From contig MU054117.1 in the NCBI GenBank assembly GCA_013239625.1, positions 4,330,677 to 4,394,676 of the forward strand: 64,000 nucleotides of DNA. The letters are read 5' to 3'. Within the stretch, counting starts at the first letter, position 1. Every line of letters begins with the position of its first letter. A program made the position numbers and the translations under genes. The stretch comes from Lama guanicoe (taxonomy: Eukaryota). Of this stretch, positions 12,831 to 26,332 are shown one piece after another. The notes below the pieces were generated by a model. That model did no database searches, was not told where the DNA came from, and was given only the letters and a program-made list of their open reading frames with translations.

Positions 12831-12836
12831 TTTATT
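12831..12836 (-). terminator. VWF: VWF polyadenylation signal AATAAA
   Basis: tttatt on + strand about 106 nt past the stop codon, consistent with the short VWF 3' UTR. Confidence 0.88.
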
Positions 12837-12942
12837 GTGGGCCCGAGGTGGGGGTGCGGGGGAGCACGAGAGCAGAGCGCGCGTGCGCCAATTGGTGGTT
12901 GCCGTGGCGGATGGTGGCGGGTGTCCAGGGCGAGGCAGGGCC

Positions 12943-13131
12943 TCACTTGCTGCATTTCCTGGGGGAGCACGTGCACTGCATGGCGTTGAGGATCTCGTGG
13001 TGGACGATGGAGCCGTTGGTGCAGCGCAGGGGCACTAGCTTGGGCTCCATCCGTGCGGGCGAGCAGCAAGAGCAGTGGTCCTGCACATCCTCCGCTTCGA
13101 TGGAGTATATGGCTTTGCTGGCGCACTTGCC
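12943..13131 (-). CDS. VWF: VWF terminal exon 52 coding part (cystine knot, stop TGA)
   Basis: 189 nt; [62 protein letters not shown]. Confidence 0.97.
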   Translation of the reverse strand, partial: GKCASKAIYSIEAEDVQDHCSCCSPARMEPKLVPLRCTNGSIVHHEILNAMQCTCSPRKCSK

Positions 13132-13631
13132 CTATGACGGGGCAGAGAGAGGGGCCGCTGCGGTGCTGGGCAGCCCCAGGGCGGGCAGGACTCTGGGGTG
13201 GCCTGCTTCCTCCACCCGTGCCCCGCCCCCACCGGCCACCAGAGGGCCTTGCCTCGCCCAGAGCAACCCGTGCGACAGGAGCCCCCGGGAGGGGAGGGGT
13301 GGGGTCTGAAATGCCCGTCCTGTGGTCTTCTGACACCCGAACCCCTCCAGCTGCAACCTAGGCATGTCTGGTTGACCTTCAGGAAATACAAGCTCCGTAA
13401 CTAACTCCCCATTCTCTTCAAAGGACTTGAATCTTTCCTTAGTTTTTTTCCCCTCCTGGGGTCAAAAGTTCCCAGTTACTTCGATAAAACATTTCCTTAA
13501 AAAAGAAAAAAATTTTTAAGCCTCCCATTCCTTTCACTCCTCCCCATGAACTGTCCGGGTTCTTCCACAGTGTAACTAATGAGGTGTGTCCAAACATGGA
13601 GGCGCACCCCTCCCCAGCCAGGCCCCCTTAC

Positions 13632-13729
13632 CTGGCAGTAGTGAATGTCCACTTCCTCTTCAGACTGACAGTCCCCCACCCTGATGTACTGCACCCTGGC
13701 GGCGATGTCCTTGCACTCGGGCTCCTCGC
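13632..13729 (-). CDS. VWF: VWF exon 51 equivalent (cystine knot)
   Basis: 98 nt, ag/gtaagg; (C)[32 protein letters not shown]. Confidence 0.96.
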
Positions 13730-15590
13730 CTGCAGGACAGGTGAGAGAGGGGAACCTGTTCTTCCGTACAACACTCTCCAGCCCAGCTCCCTCAGTTACT
13801 GAAAACGGGTCAATTCACAGCACCCAAATCATCACAGCCAGCTACCGGGAGGGAAAGTCAGGCATCCGGGTTCCCCTCGGCTTCTCCTGGCCCTTCCTAC
13901 TCAGAGTTACAGTTATCGCTGGGCTTCACTCACTGAAGGGCACAATTTTCATTGCAGGAGGAGCCTAGATTCACTGTGCTTTGGTGATGTCAGTGGATGA
14001 AACTTGCTTTTATGTAATCATGGACTCTAAAAACCATAATGACTAGAGCAATCCTCTTGTGCTTACAACTCTGCAGAAACTAATGGGCAATGAAGGAGCC
14101 AATAAATACAGTTAATATCATGCATCTCTGCAGATGTCATGGCCACAATAGGGCACTCACTGCCCCTGCGGGGGCTGAGAAGATCCTAGGAGCCCTCGTG
14201 GGGTCCTTCCTTCGGATATAGCTGTCTCCAGGTCGCTGGCATGGGTTTCCTTACATACCCAGGTTAGTGGCATTCAGATCTGAGTCTCTACTTGGCCCAC
14301 TGATAATTCTAAGATTTAATGTCAGCTCACCATTCGCCATCCGAGCACCAGGAGGTTTCCATTCTTGGATGGCTCCAAATCGAAATCAACCTCAACTACA
14401 TAATCACTGGCCTCCCACCTTCCAAATAATTTCATTTTAAAGTGAAAGCCTGCCAACTACATGAAGAGGGTGAATAAGGGAAGCATGTTTATTCCCTCTG
14501 TTCTTCCGCTGCAGGCTGAAGCCTGAGCCGGGCTTGTGCTCCTTAACAGGGGGCCTCCGCTCCTCGAAGCCCCGACCAGCAGAGGCCCCTTTTGGCCTTG
14601 CTGCCAGCTTCGCAGGTAACAGTCTCAGCCACTTCCCGCGTGCAGCGCGCCTAAAGGGAACTCAACTTCTCCAACGGCTTCCTGACTTCACCTTCTTAAA
14701 CTATGCAGCCAGGAATCACCGAAGGAGATGCTTTCAGAGTGTGTTTCCTCAATCTGCAATTTGCTTACAGCGACCACAGGGACTGTCCGAGGAGGCCACC
14801 AGGAGAAGAACGAATGACTGAACATGGAAGCTGCTCGTGTTTGCACTCTTCCTTTCTCTAACCAAAAATGAACAGGGAACGTGGGCCCATGAACCCCAAA
14901 ACGAAAACTAACTAACTAAACTAAAAAGCCAAGAACGTTAGTCCAGGCAAGTAATTCTGTTTTCAGAGAATATAGCACTAACACTGGGATTCTGAAAGCC
15001 ACCTGTGCTCACGACCACAGGAACACGTGGTAAGAACTCTGTCTGACGTGCAGACTTGAGCTCCGTCTCCAGAGCTGCTGTGGGAGCCACGAGGACCAAC
15101 CAGTGCAGCTCACAGTCGGGGGGAGCCGAGAGGGAAGAGGAGGAGGGTCATAAAGCTTAGACAGCCTCATAAACCTTTGAGAAGACTGTGTGCTTCCTGC
15201 AGCCCCACCGCCAGCTGCTGCCTCCGTCTCTGTCTGAGACCACTGCCCAACACCCGGAGAACAGATGTGTGTCAGGGTCTGCTCCTGTCTTCAAGGAGCT
15301 CCCGGGGCAGAGAGAAGATGCCTTCTCATGATGGGACCACGAGCAACCCAAGACTCTGTGAGGAGCTGGCGATTGTCAGGAGTTTGGAAGAAAAGAGGAA
15401 GACCTTGCTTCACAGGCATTTGAAAGGGGGTTTGAGGAGCAGGCAGCCAAGGATACTCAGGGAGGGGGGTCAGTTCCCTGCAGAACTGAACATGGTGACT
15501 GCAGCATCTTTCTAGAATAAAGCTCACTCCAAAGAACAGTGGACTTGGTCTGATGGATTTCAAAGAACAAGATTTTGGTAACATACTTAC

Positions 15591-15630
15591 ATGTGTCACA
15601 ACACGTGCCTGGAATTTTCACGATTTTCCC
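15591..15630 (-). CDS. VWF: VWF exon 50 equivalent
   Basis: 40 nt, ag/gtaagt; GKIVKIPGTCCDT. Confidence 0.95.
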
Positions 15631-16147
15631 CTAAGAAAACAGCAAAGTTCCAGATCAGACACAAAGAGTACATGGTGGACACTTCCCGGTCACTCCAGGT
15701 CAGTTCCTGGCTCTGGGCTCGCAGCCCTGAGCTGAAGTCCCCAGGCATGAACTGGCTCTCCCACCACCAACATGAGCAGCCTGCCAGCTCCACCTGACCA
15801 GGCGGACACAGTTCTGATTCTATTCCAAATTCTCTTCCAGAACTGGGATCATCATTCCCAGGGGAGCCTGGAAATCTGTCTGACCTCTCACCTTCTCATT
15901 CAAGGACTCGATGATTCTGTCTCCCCCAAAGGAAAGATGTTTTCTTAAAGCATCATATGGTACAGAGAATCTTGTCTGTCCATCTGGCTTTGGTTTGTAA
16001 TGTTATTGGTTTTTAAACTATGTCAGGGTTCTCCTTGGACACTGGGAAGTCACATCCAAGCTGGACTGCTGTTCAGAGGGACCCTGTTCTCAGAGTCAGA
16101 GATGGAGACAGTCGAGAGGAAACAGGGCCTGAACTCTGACCACTCAC

Positions 16148-16276
16148 CCCCTCGGCCAGACATCTGTGTTCATCAAAGGGTAGGCAGCCCATGACCCTCT
16201 TCTCCCAGGTGTACTGTCCTCTCTCGTTGGCCCTGCAGAAGTGACTGTCACAGCCATCCTGCAATTTCTCACCAGG
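16148..16276 (-). CDS. VWF: VWF exon 49 equivalent (C6)
   Basis: 129 nt, ag/gtgagt; [43 protein letters not shown]. Confidence 0.96.
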
Positions 16277-16958
16277 CTGAAAGGAGAGAGGGGAACAGGG
16301 TACAGCTAATGTGAAGACGGTGCTTGGGTTGCAAAGCTACTTCAAACCGTGACCTCGACTCTTTGGAGTTCTTGAGACAGTTCGGAGGATATGGAACAAG
16401 AATGAAGCAGTGTGTACAAAGTCTCCACACCCAGAACCCGAAATAGAGGTGAAGCCTGCTTTTATAGCTTTTTTACTGGGAACAGGGCTGCATAAATGTA
16501 GAAAACTCCCTGAACTCTTCTGACCACTTAAAGCTTAAAGAACTAAGACATTGCGATGGTAAACTGGCCAGTCAGCAACTTAACTAGAGATGATCTGAGT
16601 GCCACCCCCCAGCCCCACCTGCCAACTCTGGCTTTCATAGGTCAGAGTCTGTGTCACCATGATTGTCTCACTCCTAGACACTCAAGGCTGGAGAAAATCT
16701 TAGAGATCAACCAACTCCACATCATGCGGCCCCACACCAACTGCACTCTTGTCAAGGACAGTGACAAAATAACTCAATCAAAGAAAAGATTCTGGACCTT
16801 CTAAAGGTTATCCACCTTTCCATTATAAAATCTGAAATAGGTACAAAGGGAAGTCAAAATTGGCCCAAATTCTGTCCCTCTTTCTTGAAGAAAAGATACC
16901 CAAATAGAAAACCAGACGGTGAGCTGAGGGGGAACTTCTGAGTCCAACTTGCTCCCAC

Positions 16959-17057
16959 CTTCAGTGTCAGGATCTGCCCCCCTCGTAGCTGGATGGTGCA
17001 GGCCGTAGGCAGACATCTCCCACAGCATTCCCCCTGCAGCTTCTCTTCCTTGTAACC
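16959..17057 (-). CDS. VWF: VWF exon 48 equivalent
   Basis: 99 nt, ag/gtggga; [33 protein letters not shown]. Confidence 0.96.
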
Positions 17058-17349
17058 CTGTCCAGGAGGAAAAGCAGCTTTGGTTAACCTGCCCCAAACA
17101 TCCCAGTCATAAGCAGGCTTCCTTGTCCAGCTCCTCATCCGTCCTATCTCACAGTTTGACCCAGAGAGTCAACATCTGACCTTAATTACCCTTTGTCAGC
17201 CCCCCGGGCCCCTAAAGAGCACTCCATCCCTCCACATGTGCACATCTTGCTCAAGTTCTCGCAGCCAGACCTACTAAATTAGACCTCCCCCAGGTTCGCC
17301 TTACAGATTCAATTGTTTGCTTGACAGTTGTTTATCTTATTGTCATCTC

Positions 17350-18960
17350 AAGACTTACATACAAGAGGCAACTTGACTTTCCGTTCCACATCTCCTCTTT
17401 CTCTTGTCTCACCTGTCTTGGTAAGTGGTTTCATTACCCAGTTGCTCAAACCAGAAATCCGGGAGTCATCCTTGGCTTCTCTCTTCTTCTCATCCCCCAC
17501 CCCCTACTCATCACCAAATCTTGCCAAAAATGCATCTTGAACTCATCCACTGTTTGTCATTGCAGTGTCCTCTGTCATCGCCCAGTCCAAGCAACCATCA
17601 TCTCCCAGTGGCCTCTGTAGTAGTCTTAACCGTCTCCCCACCTCCATTCTTTCCCCCCTGCTGTAGGTCTCCACATACCCGCTAGAATTACGTTCTTAAA
17701 ATACATCATGTCACTCCCCTGCTTAAAATTCATCCAGGGAGTCCTGGTTCTAGTAATGCCAGAGAAGCTTATATTGGACTGGCTCCCTGCAGATAACAAC
17801 TATAAATCCTTGATGAAGTATTTAAGACAGTGGTTTAAAGGCACTGGATGGCCGGAATCAGGGATAAACCACAGGTGGTTTAATCCTCGAAAGAAGGAAC
17901 CATATGGACAAGAATCACGTTTCAGTGGCTCCTCCCTGAGAGCTGGAGCTGGAACAGAAAACTACAGCTGTATCTGCCTGAGGAGTCAGAGGACAGAGGC
18001 TGAAACTGCAAGAAGAGCTGGGCTCAACAGGGGAAAACCTCAGAAGAGAGGAAGTCAGAAAGGGGGAGCCCCAAGTCTGCACAGACATCCCCTCCCAACC
18101 CCTGGTTGAGCCCTGCATTATCCATGCTCAGAGGAGCCAATGAGCAGCCCCGGGACAGAACAGCAGGCGGGCAGCCGCTGCCACACGCCACCGGAAAGCC
18201 GGCGTCTGGGCCCTGAATCCCACGGTGGGGACCGACCATTTTCACTTTCAATTGGGATTCTGTTTTGCCTGCTTGCGTGTAATGTAAGTGTTGATACGGC
18301 TGGGTTTAAATCCACCATTTTGCTATTCATTGTATTTGTCGTCTTCTCTGTCATTTGTGAATTCTTTTCTGTCTTCTTTTGGTTTAATCGAGTGTTTGGC
18401 TTTGGGTTTGTTTGTTTTTTAGTATTTTATTTTATCTCCTCCGTTAGCCTTCTAGCTGCATTCCTTCACAGACTATTTCAGTGGTTACGTGAGTTTATAT
18501 GTGTATCAGACTTTGTCAAACTATGTATTTAATATCTGTGCATCTGAGGTACATAAATTACACCTCATTAAAAAATTAATTTTACAAAAGTTCTAAAAAT
18601 AAGACCCTCTATGGCTCCCAAAGGCATTTAGAATAAAATCCAATGTCACCATGTTCTACAAGGCCGGACGTGGTTCTTGCTTAATTTTCTGACCTGATCG
18701 TACACCACCATCCCCTTGTTCTTGACAATCCGCTGCTGTCATTTTCTACGACCATGGACACACCAGCCTGAGGGCCTGTGTGTATGCTGTTCCCTCTGCC
18801 TGGGGTGCCCTTCCCCGCACTCTGCATGAATAGCTGTTTCTCAGCCTTGAATAATCACTTTAAATGTCATTCATCAGCAGGGTCTCCTAGAACACGCACA
18901 CTCTTCATAACACTTAGCACAATTTGAAATTTTCATCTGACGGTTCAGATGGTTTCTGCG
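17350..18960. mobile_element. L2 relic interrupted by L1-derived sequence
   Basis: L2-like text at about 17350-17730 and 18600-18960 (ctgttccctctgcctgg...) flanks L1-like pieces at about 17750-18590; approximate. Confidence 0.5.
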
Positions 18961-21900
18961 CTCCCTGAGAGGCATGTGAATCCCACACGGCGCCATCATT
19001 CCCCCCTCCCCCCCAGCACGCAGCTCCCAGTCGGCACTCCGGCTTCCACTCGGGGTGTGGGCTCAGCGATGGCCTCCCCGCCAGCGGCTTAGATGGAGGC
19101 CTTCGTCCATGTCCTCGCTGGGAAAGGCAGCAGCCTCCAGACAGCAGGATCCACTCTTTTACAGAAATGCCCCCAAATCTGGGAGACAACATAGAGTAAC
19201 CAACTTCTTATTTTGCAAAGTATTTTAAACAATGTTAACAAAATACCAAAACGTTATCATCAGCTGTCTCATCCCTGCATTAAAATTAAAGCTCTTTTAA
19301 CTCTCCTCACCACTCCAAAAAAAATCCCCCCATAAAAGAACAAAATTCAGAAAAGGTTTTTAAAGAATAAACTTAGTTACGTGAGAAACCCACTATGATG
19401 TCACCCTTTCCTCCGTCTTGCCACGTTGAGTGATGACCACTCAGATATTCACTCCCTGGGCCCTGGGGGTTTCTCCCACGACTCTCTAGCAGGTCAGCTC
19501 GGAGCCCCCGGACAGAAGGCCCATGCTGTTCACTGCACGTGGACTGAAGGCTCCCCACTAGCAGGGGAGGTTAGGAGTGTGTGAGCTTCCTCTGAACTCT
19601 GTGTCTTCAGGGAGCACGTAGAGAAAGCCAATGAGGACTGAGCTTAGCCCTGACAGGATGGTCCCCGGCCACACACACATTCGGAAGGACCCTGCTGATG
19701 TCTGAGGACATCGGTAGTGTCTCACAGGTGAGTTTTGATTGGGCTTTCAAAAACGCACAGTTCCTGGGAGGTGTGGACCCAGGTGGATGGGAGAGGAAGG
19801 AAGAGATGGAAAATGCAGGATGCACATATGTGAGTGGGGACAGCCAGAAAGGGGAAATAAAAAAAGGCTTAAATCAGGCAGGATTTCCTGGGAGTGTAGA
19901 TTTGGCCATTTTTCAGTTCCAAGAGGAGACTAGGAAGTCCCTCCCCTCAGAAGGCCAGGGAAAGTGCCCACAGTCTTCACAGGAAAAGGGAGTAGCAGGT
20001 GGAAGAGGGGGCTGCACGGGGAAGGGACGGGGACGTGGAGGTCCAGTCCACACGCCCACAAGGCAGAGGGCACAGTTCAGCCAAAAACAGGCAAGGATGG
20101 TGGGTGCTGTGGGAGGAGGAATGGACCAGAGGACAGAGAGGCGGAGGTGGAAGGTGGAAGGAGAGGGACGATGATTTTAGAGGTGCAGTGGGAGTTGGGA
20201 AAGAGGGACGGCAGAAGGAGACAGTGCGTGGCAGAACCCAAGCGCAGGGCGAATAAAGAAAACAGAGCCCGGAAGGCGAGGACACAGCTGCGCCGGGCGG
20301 CAGGCTTGTCTGAGCCGCGCTGGGCTCCCGGCCACCGCGGACAGAGGTACGCGCTGCAGGGTGACAGGTGCACCCGGAGGACGGCCGTGCTGACCAGGTT
20401 TTCACCAGAGCATCCAATCAGGAGCAGCCATGGTCCCAGCCAGCCACCGAGTCCACGTGCTCAGGTCTGAGCAGCCAACGGGCCCTCCTCCCTTGTCCAG
20501 GGATGTCCCTCAGACTCTCCTCAGGTGTCGCAGAGCTGGTCTCATAAACTGCATCGGCTGTTCAAGGACCCCCCAGTCTCATCCCCACCCCCGTCCCCGC
20601 TGCCTTTTTCTAACTCCTGCTTCATTTACCAGTCTGGCCCCATCCCCCTTCTGGGAGCGCCTCCTCTGACTCAACCCGCTGCTCAAGGTCAGCCCACGGT
20701 CCTGCTCCTCGGGGAGGCCTTCTCAGTTTTCCCAGTCAGGAAACACTGTCGCTACCACCACCAGCACAAACACCATCGGCTGGCCTCCCCTGGGAGGAGA
20801 CGGGGGCCGGCCCCTCTGGTGCTGCTGACACTTCCCTGTGACGTCGGCAGTTCAAGCAGACCTGCCTAACCCTGGCTCACCCAGCTCCCCACCTGCGGGG
20901 GCTCCTCACGGCACAGGAGCGTGACAAGACCAGGTGAGGACGCTGAGCGGGAAGCGGGGCGTCTGAGGCAGTGCTCAGCCAAGGTGGAGAGGGCCACAGG
21001 AGGCCCGAGGTGGGGGCTCTCAGGAGGGAGGAAGTGCGTGCACTGTCCTGGGGAGACACCAGAACTTTGGGGGGAAGGAGGAAGTGGACACAGACCTAAA
21101 GGGGCCGTGGATTTTAAAATATTTAGAAACCCGCATCTAGTTTGGATTCTAAAACTGGGTTTCTGTGGATGCAGAGGAGGTGGCCATGCCACCCTCTGAC
21201 CACCAGAGGGCGCCGGCAGAGATTTCTTGGGAAGGACGGCTTGGTGGGCCTCCTGCATCAGTGGTAGTTTGATGGACACCCGGGATAAAGGGATGCCACA
21301 AACTCCAGACAGCATCATTTCATCCCGTATTCAAGCCCAGATGTATCTAGGGGGCTTGTTACACACACACACACAGCTGCACCCAAAACCCTAAAACACC
21401 TGGAATTTAAAAAAAAAAAGGAAAAATACACACTTAGCTGGCTTCTAATTGAGGCAGGAATGTTCTCCTTGGACCATTGTATGAGAAACGGCCTTGTCTC
21501 CTGTGGGCCCCTTCACCCCCATGTGTGTTACTGAGCCCCTACTTGGAGCATGACTCGGCACCAAGCGCCAGGAAGAGCAGGGAAGCAGGAGATCCCCTTG
21601 TCGTCAAGCGCGCACAGCACCCCAGCGCCGGCGCGCCTCGCCCCTGCCCGCCGCCCTGGGGTCCCCGCCTCGCTGGCCGCTCTGCAGCCCCCCTGGTGAA
21701 GGATGCCTCCCGGGGCTCCACCCAGACCCCGCCCGCTGCCTGACCGTCTGAAAGAACCATTACTGCCTTCTGTGCACCCAGCTCACAGGATACTCATCCA
21801 ACCTACTGCATTTTCTAAAACAGCAGGAGCTCCCAACACAGAGGGCAGCTTGCCAAAGAACCCGAGGCGTCCCCCGGGGCGTTCAGCCAGCTCTGCGAGG

Positions 21901-22496
21901 CGGGGCTAAGTCACGATTACAGAGATGTGCCTTTCACCTACCAAACCAGAAAATGAGGATTTCACCTCCCAGAACCTGCCCTCAGGAGGTGTTCAGAGCA
22001 AACGCAGTCATCGTGACCTGGCACAAACAGGGCAAACTATTTCAAACCAATTCAATGCCCAATAATATACGCTGAGGCAGACCCACTCCGAGGAATGCTG
22101 TATAAAACTCTGCACACAGCAGCATGTGGTGAGCATTTGTGGGCTAATTAGTAAGTGTGATAAATAGCTCCTGGCTTTCATTTCACAGCCCTTCAAGACG
22201 CCGTGCAGAAGAGACTACGGAACTGCAAATACGGTGTCACCAGCCTTGCAAACACTGTGTTATTTAAAAACACAGGAAGAAAATGTTTAACACTGGCTTT
22301 AACACTAAATTATAATTATTTCTGAGAAATGCAATTTGCGAAGGTGACTTTTAGTCTCTTCATTACAGTTGTCAAACAATGTTCATCATCAGAAAATCAC
22401 AAACGCTTTTATGTAAAGACCCCAGTGAGGTCCCATTGCCTGGGTCCCACAAGTACCCAGAAGTCCACCCCTGGGCTCCCGATGACCCTCTCTCAC

Positions 22497-22613
22497 CGGG
22501 GGGCAGGGCTCGCAGGTCGTCTTCCTGCATTCCAGCTTGAACCCGGAGACGACCCCCTCCTGGACGGCGCAGCTGCAAGTCGTGCACACGTCAACCATCA
22601 GACTCTTCCCGGG
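22497..22613 (-). CDS. VWF: VWF exon 47 equivalent (C5)
   Basis: 117 nt, ag/gtgaga; [39 protein letters not shown]. Confidence 0.96.
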
Positions 22614-23116
22614 CTGGAAGGAGAGGGACCAGGGTCAGGCTTCCCAGACTTCCCGACCCCTAACCCTCCCACTGCCCTCCGCCCCATAAGCCATCTGCCT
22701 CAGGTGTGGGAGCCCGGCTGCCCAAAGCTGCCTCGAGTCATCATCCGGATTCTCCTCCTGTCCCAAGTGGCCCTCTCCCTTCCCCACCCTCTCCTCTCAA
22801 AGATGGCGCTGGGGAGAGTGGGAGCTTTCACGGCGGACAGGGAGCTGGGGCAGCGGGAGAGGGGACAGGATGAAACATGCACAGAAGGAATGCTCGCGTG
22901 CCTGGGGTCGGGGCCGGGAGGTGAGTGCTCGGCAGCAGGGCCCTGGCCCCGGAGAGTTAGGGGTTGGGCTCCAGGATGCCTGCGAAGCCCTGAAGGACGG
23001 GAAAGTGAGGGTGGGGTAGGTCTCCCTGGTTCCTTTCATTCCACTCCAGAATGACACCCTTCCCCCAGCACCCTGTCCCTGCCCCCCAGCCCGCCCTGGA
23101 GAAGGCGGCAGCTCAC

Positions 23117-23157
23117 CCCAATGATGGTGTCGTTGAGTATGCAGGCCTCCATGGGCT
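23117..23157 (-). CDS. VWF: VWF exon 46 equivalent
   Basis: 41 nt, ag/gtgagc; (E)PMEACILNDTIIG. Confidence 0.94.
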
Positions 23158-23519
23158 CTGGGGAGAAAGGGGCACAGGGCATGAGTGTGCAGGACACACC
23201 TGGGAAAACCCACCACCCGGCGGTCCTCCCGGCTGGGCCCCCTCCGCCATCTGCCGGTCGTCCCCCTCCGGCTCACACCAGGCACCGTGGGTCCCGCTGC
23301 CAGAGCCCAAGTGGCCTCGCTGAGGAAGGACAGCTGCCTGCTCCCCGCCCTGGAGTCCCCAAGGGGAGGGCACTTGTCTAAATGATTCCCGCTTAAGGGG
23401 TGAGTGGGAGGATGTCTGGGCTCATGAAAGAATGAAATTCTACTTTGGAAACTTTAAGTCCCAAGATAAAATCACACAAAGACTTCAGAGCAGGTGGTGC
23501 CGCGAGCTGTTTGCTGCTG

Positions 23520-23600
23520 CTGGTTGTTGGTTGATGGGTTGGTTGGTTGGTTGATGAGTTGTTTGTTTGTTTGGTTGGTCGGTTGGTTGGTTGGTGGGTT
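23520..23600. repeat. (GGTT/GTTT)n microsatellite
   Basis: ggttggttggttg...gtttgtttgtttggttggtcggttggttggttgg. Confidence 0.9.
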
Positions 23601-23963
23601 GCGGACGGGCAGTTGGAACACCTTCCCCAGCAGGATGACTGAGAAGGTGTCTCTAGAATCGAGAAGCCGGGGTCCGGTCCCAGCTGCACCACTCGTGGGA
23701 GTGAAGGGAAGCACACCGGTACCCACCTCGCGGGGCTGCCGTGAGGATGACATGAGACAAGGTACAAAGCCAGCCGGGGCACAGTGATGACCTTCAGGAC
23801 ATTGTCTTATCTCCCTCGTCTTATCTGCTTTCTCCCCAAAGCCTCAGGGACGGATGGGGAGATTTGATCCTGCCCATTTCCCTGAGTTGCCCAACAAGCA
23901 AGGATCTGGGCGTCCTTGGTGGAAAGAGAGGCTTGTCGGCGGGGCCCGGGCCGCGCGTCTTAC

Positions 23964-24144
23964 CACAGCGACAGGCGGGGCAGCAGTCGGAGGCCTTGCA
24001 GCTCAGCTGGAAGCCAGGGGGGCAGGTGGGGATGGCCAGCTGGGGGCAGGAGATGTTCCTCTGCTGCACAAAGACCTCCTCCTTGACTCGGACGCACTCG
24101 TGGATGAGGCAGGGGTTCTCAGGGGAGACCCAGTGAGAGCCCAC
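23964..24144 (-). CDS. VWF: VWF exon 45 equivalent (C4)
   Basis: 181 nt, ag/gtaaga; [60 protein letters not shown]. Confidence 0.97.
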
Positions 24145-26221
24145 CTGCAGGCAGAGCAGCGGGGTCAGTAGGGAAGGGGGCCAAGGTCCCACTGGGAGGG
24201 GGCTGTTCCCTCAGGAGCCGGTTTGCGCCCTGGAGGTGAGCCCTGCCTACAGGGTGAAGCCCACAGTGGGGGAGACCGGCACTCACCCGGTCTGGGTCAG
24301 AGTCGCTCTGACCAAGATCCTAGCTCAGAGTCACATGTGCCCCCAGGATAGGGTCTTCAGCCACTGGAGGAAGCACTGGGGACGCTCCCCCCACCCCCAG
24401 CCCGGCTGTGAGCTGAGTGACCAGGAATGCGGAGGGGAGATGTGGAGAGGAACCAGCCCAGCACCCAGCCCGTGCTGCTGCCCTCTGGTACAGGGAGACA
24501 GCAAGAGACGGGATGCTGGCATCTGACCCTCAGCCCTGCAGTCTGCCCCTGAACTTCCAGGCTGCACACGAGTGGCCTGACCCTCAAGGGCTGGCTGCAC
24601 AGTCAGAGAGCACCGAGTATCCAGAACACAGTTCAGAAAAGTCCCTGCAGAGTCTGCGCACGGACAGCGTGTCCCCTCAAGAACGGTCTGTGTAAGCCGG
24701 CTCCCAGACGCAGGAGCAGGCGCACCTGGCCCGGCCGACTTTTCTCAGCCCCTGCCCCCTTCCTCCTTCCAGACGAGGAGCAGAGCGCTGCACGCTTGCA
24801 GCCCCTCTTTTCACCCCCACTTCTGACTCACCCCGAGCAAACCTTCCCTCCGCGGGCCGCACCCCACTCTGATCATGCAGCTGCTGAGCCTCGGACATGG
24901 GCTGCATCAAGGGGCCCCGTCCTGACCCACTCCCGTTGGCCCTCCTGAGCCCCCAGCAGCAGCAGAGCCACTGCTGACACCCAAGTCTTGTAGGTAAGAT
25001 GGAAACTTGAACTGAGGAGGGAAACTCTTCCGTACACACTGACGTGGGCCAGGGCTGAATGAGCCCTGGAGGGACATGAGAGCCCGGAAGCAGGCAGGGG
25101 CAGGAAACTGTGCCTAAAAGGGACCAACGGTCAGCCTCCACCAGGATGGAGTGGCCTCTGACCCGGGGAGGAGAGGCAAAACCTGCCAGATTCCAGGACG
25201 GATGGGGAGCGGAAAAGCTAAAAGGGTGGGGAGGAGGGACACAGGCAGGGAAATAAATCCACAGGTAACCGGGATTCGAGGAGGGAGGTGGGAGCCTTGA
25301 GGAAATCTCACGGAGGAGGAGAAGGCTGATGGGCCGGCGTAGGAGATGGTCACATCCAGGACAAGAAAGGTGCCCTCCGCCCCCTTCTGGACCGAGTGTG
25401 TCGGGGTCTTCCTGGAGGACACAGACGGGGAGGGCCTGCAGGTGCACCTCACACCTCCCAGCACCTGACTGCCTGAGGGTTCCGGGGCCGGGCACCTCCC
25501 ACATCGTCCTCAGCGACCAGCATAAAAGACCTGCTACATTCCCGGCGTCTGGACTAAAACCCGAGGAAGGACCCTCTGTGTTTCAGAAAATGGCCTGATG
25601 AGCATCCAGAGCCGAAGCGGGAGCCTGAAGACCACGAGGAGCAGCCCCACTGCTCTGCTCTGGGGGAGGGAGCCTGGCTGGGCAAGGCCTGGCAGGAGAC
25701 AAGGGCGGGGAGACGGGGGCTGCCAGCACCGTCAGGTGCCACGGCCAGAGGTGCAGAAATAGCTCAGGGACTCGGGGAAGAGGACTACTGTTCGCTTCTC
25801 TGGGCAATGAACGTCTCCAGCGGGAATCAGTGAGAATGCAGGGACCTGCCCGGGCGCCACGCGTGTGAGGCGTGGCGGAGTGGCCGGCCCCCAGCACGTC
25901 GGGCGCCCGCCATCGGGGAGCAGGTCCTCAGGTGCCCAGGTAAACAGGACAGCATCCCCCCCAGGGGTTCCCAGAACTCAGAGGGAGGGAACTGGGCTTC
26001 TCCCGAAATCCGCAAGACAGGAAGTCAGGGGCAACGTGAGATCCCAGCCGGCATCGGGATGAGCCAACAGCCAGACCAAACTCCCTGCCGGAAAAGCAAA
26101 CAGCAGGGACCACGCTTCTATTTTACGGACGGAATCCAGGCCAGTACTGGACCTCAGATGGACAGGCACGCCGGTGAGGGCGCTGCCGTCTTCCTCCCCC
26201 CACCCCGGGACCCAGACCTAC

Positions 26222-26332
26222 GCTCTTCCAGGAAGAATGGTAGTCTCCCCGCAGTGAGCCGATCATCACCTCGCAGGCAGACGGCAGGCACCTGCCGCAG
26301 CACTCGCCTTCGTGCAGGATGTAATCGAAGCC
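26222..26332 (-). CDS. VWF: VWF exon 44 equivalent (C4, RGD integrin motif)
   Basis: 111 nt, ag/gtaggt; [40 protein letters not shown] at 26243-26251. Confidence 0.97.
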
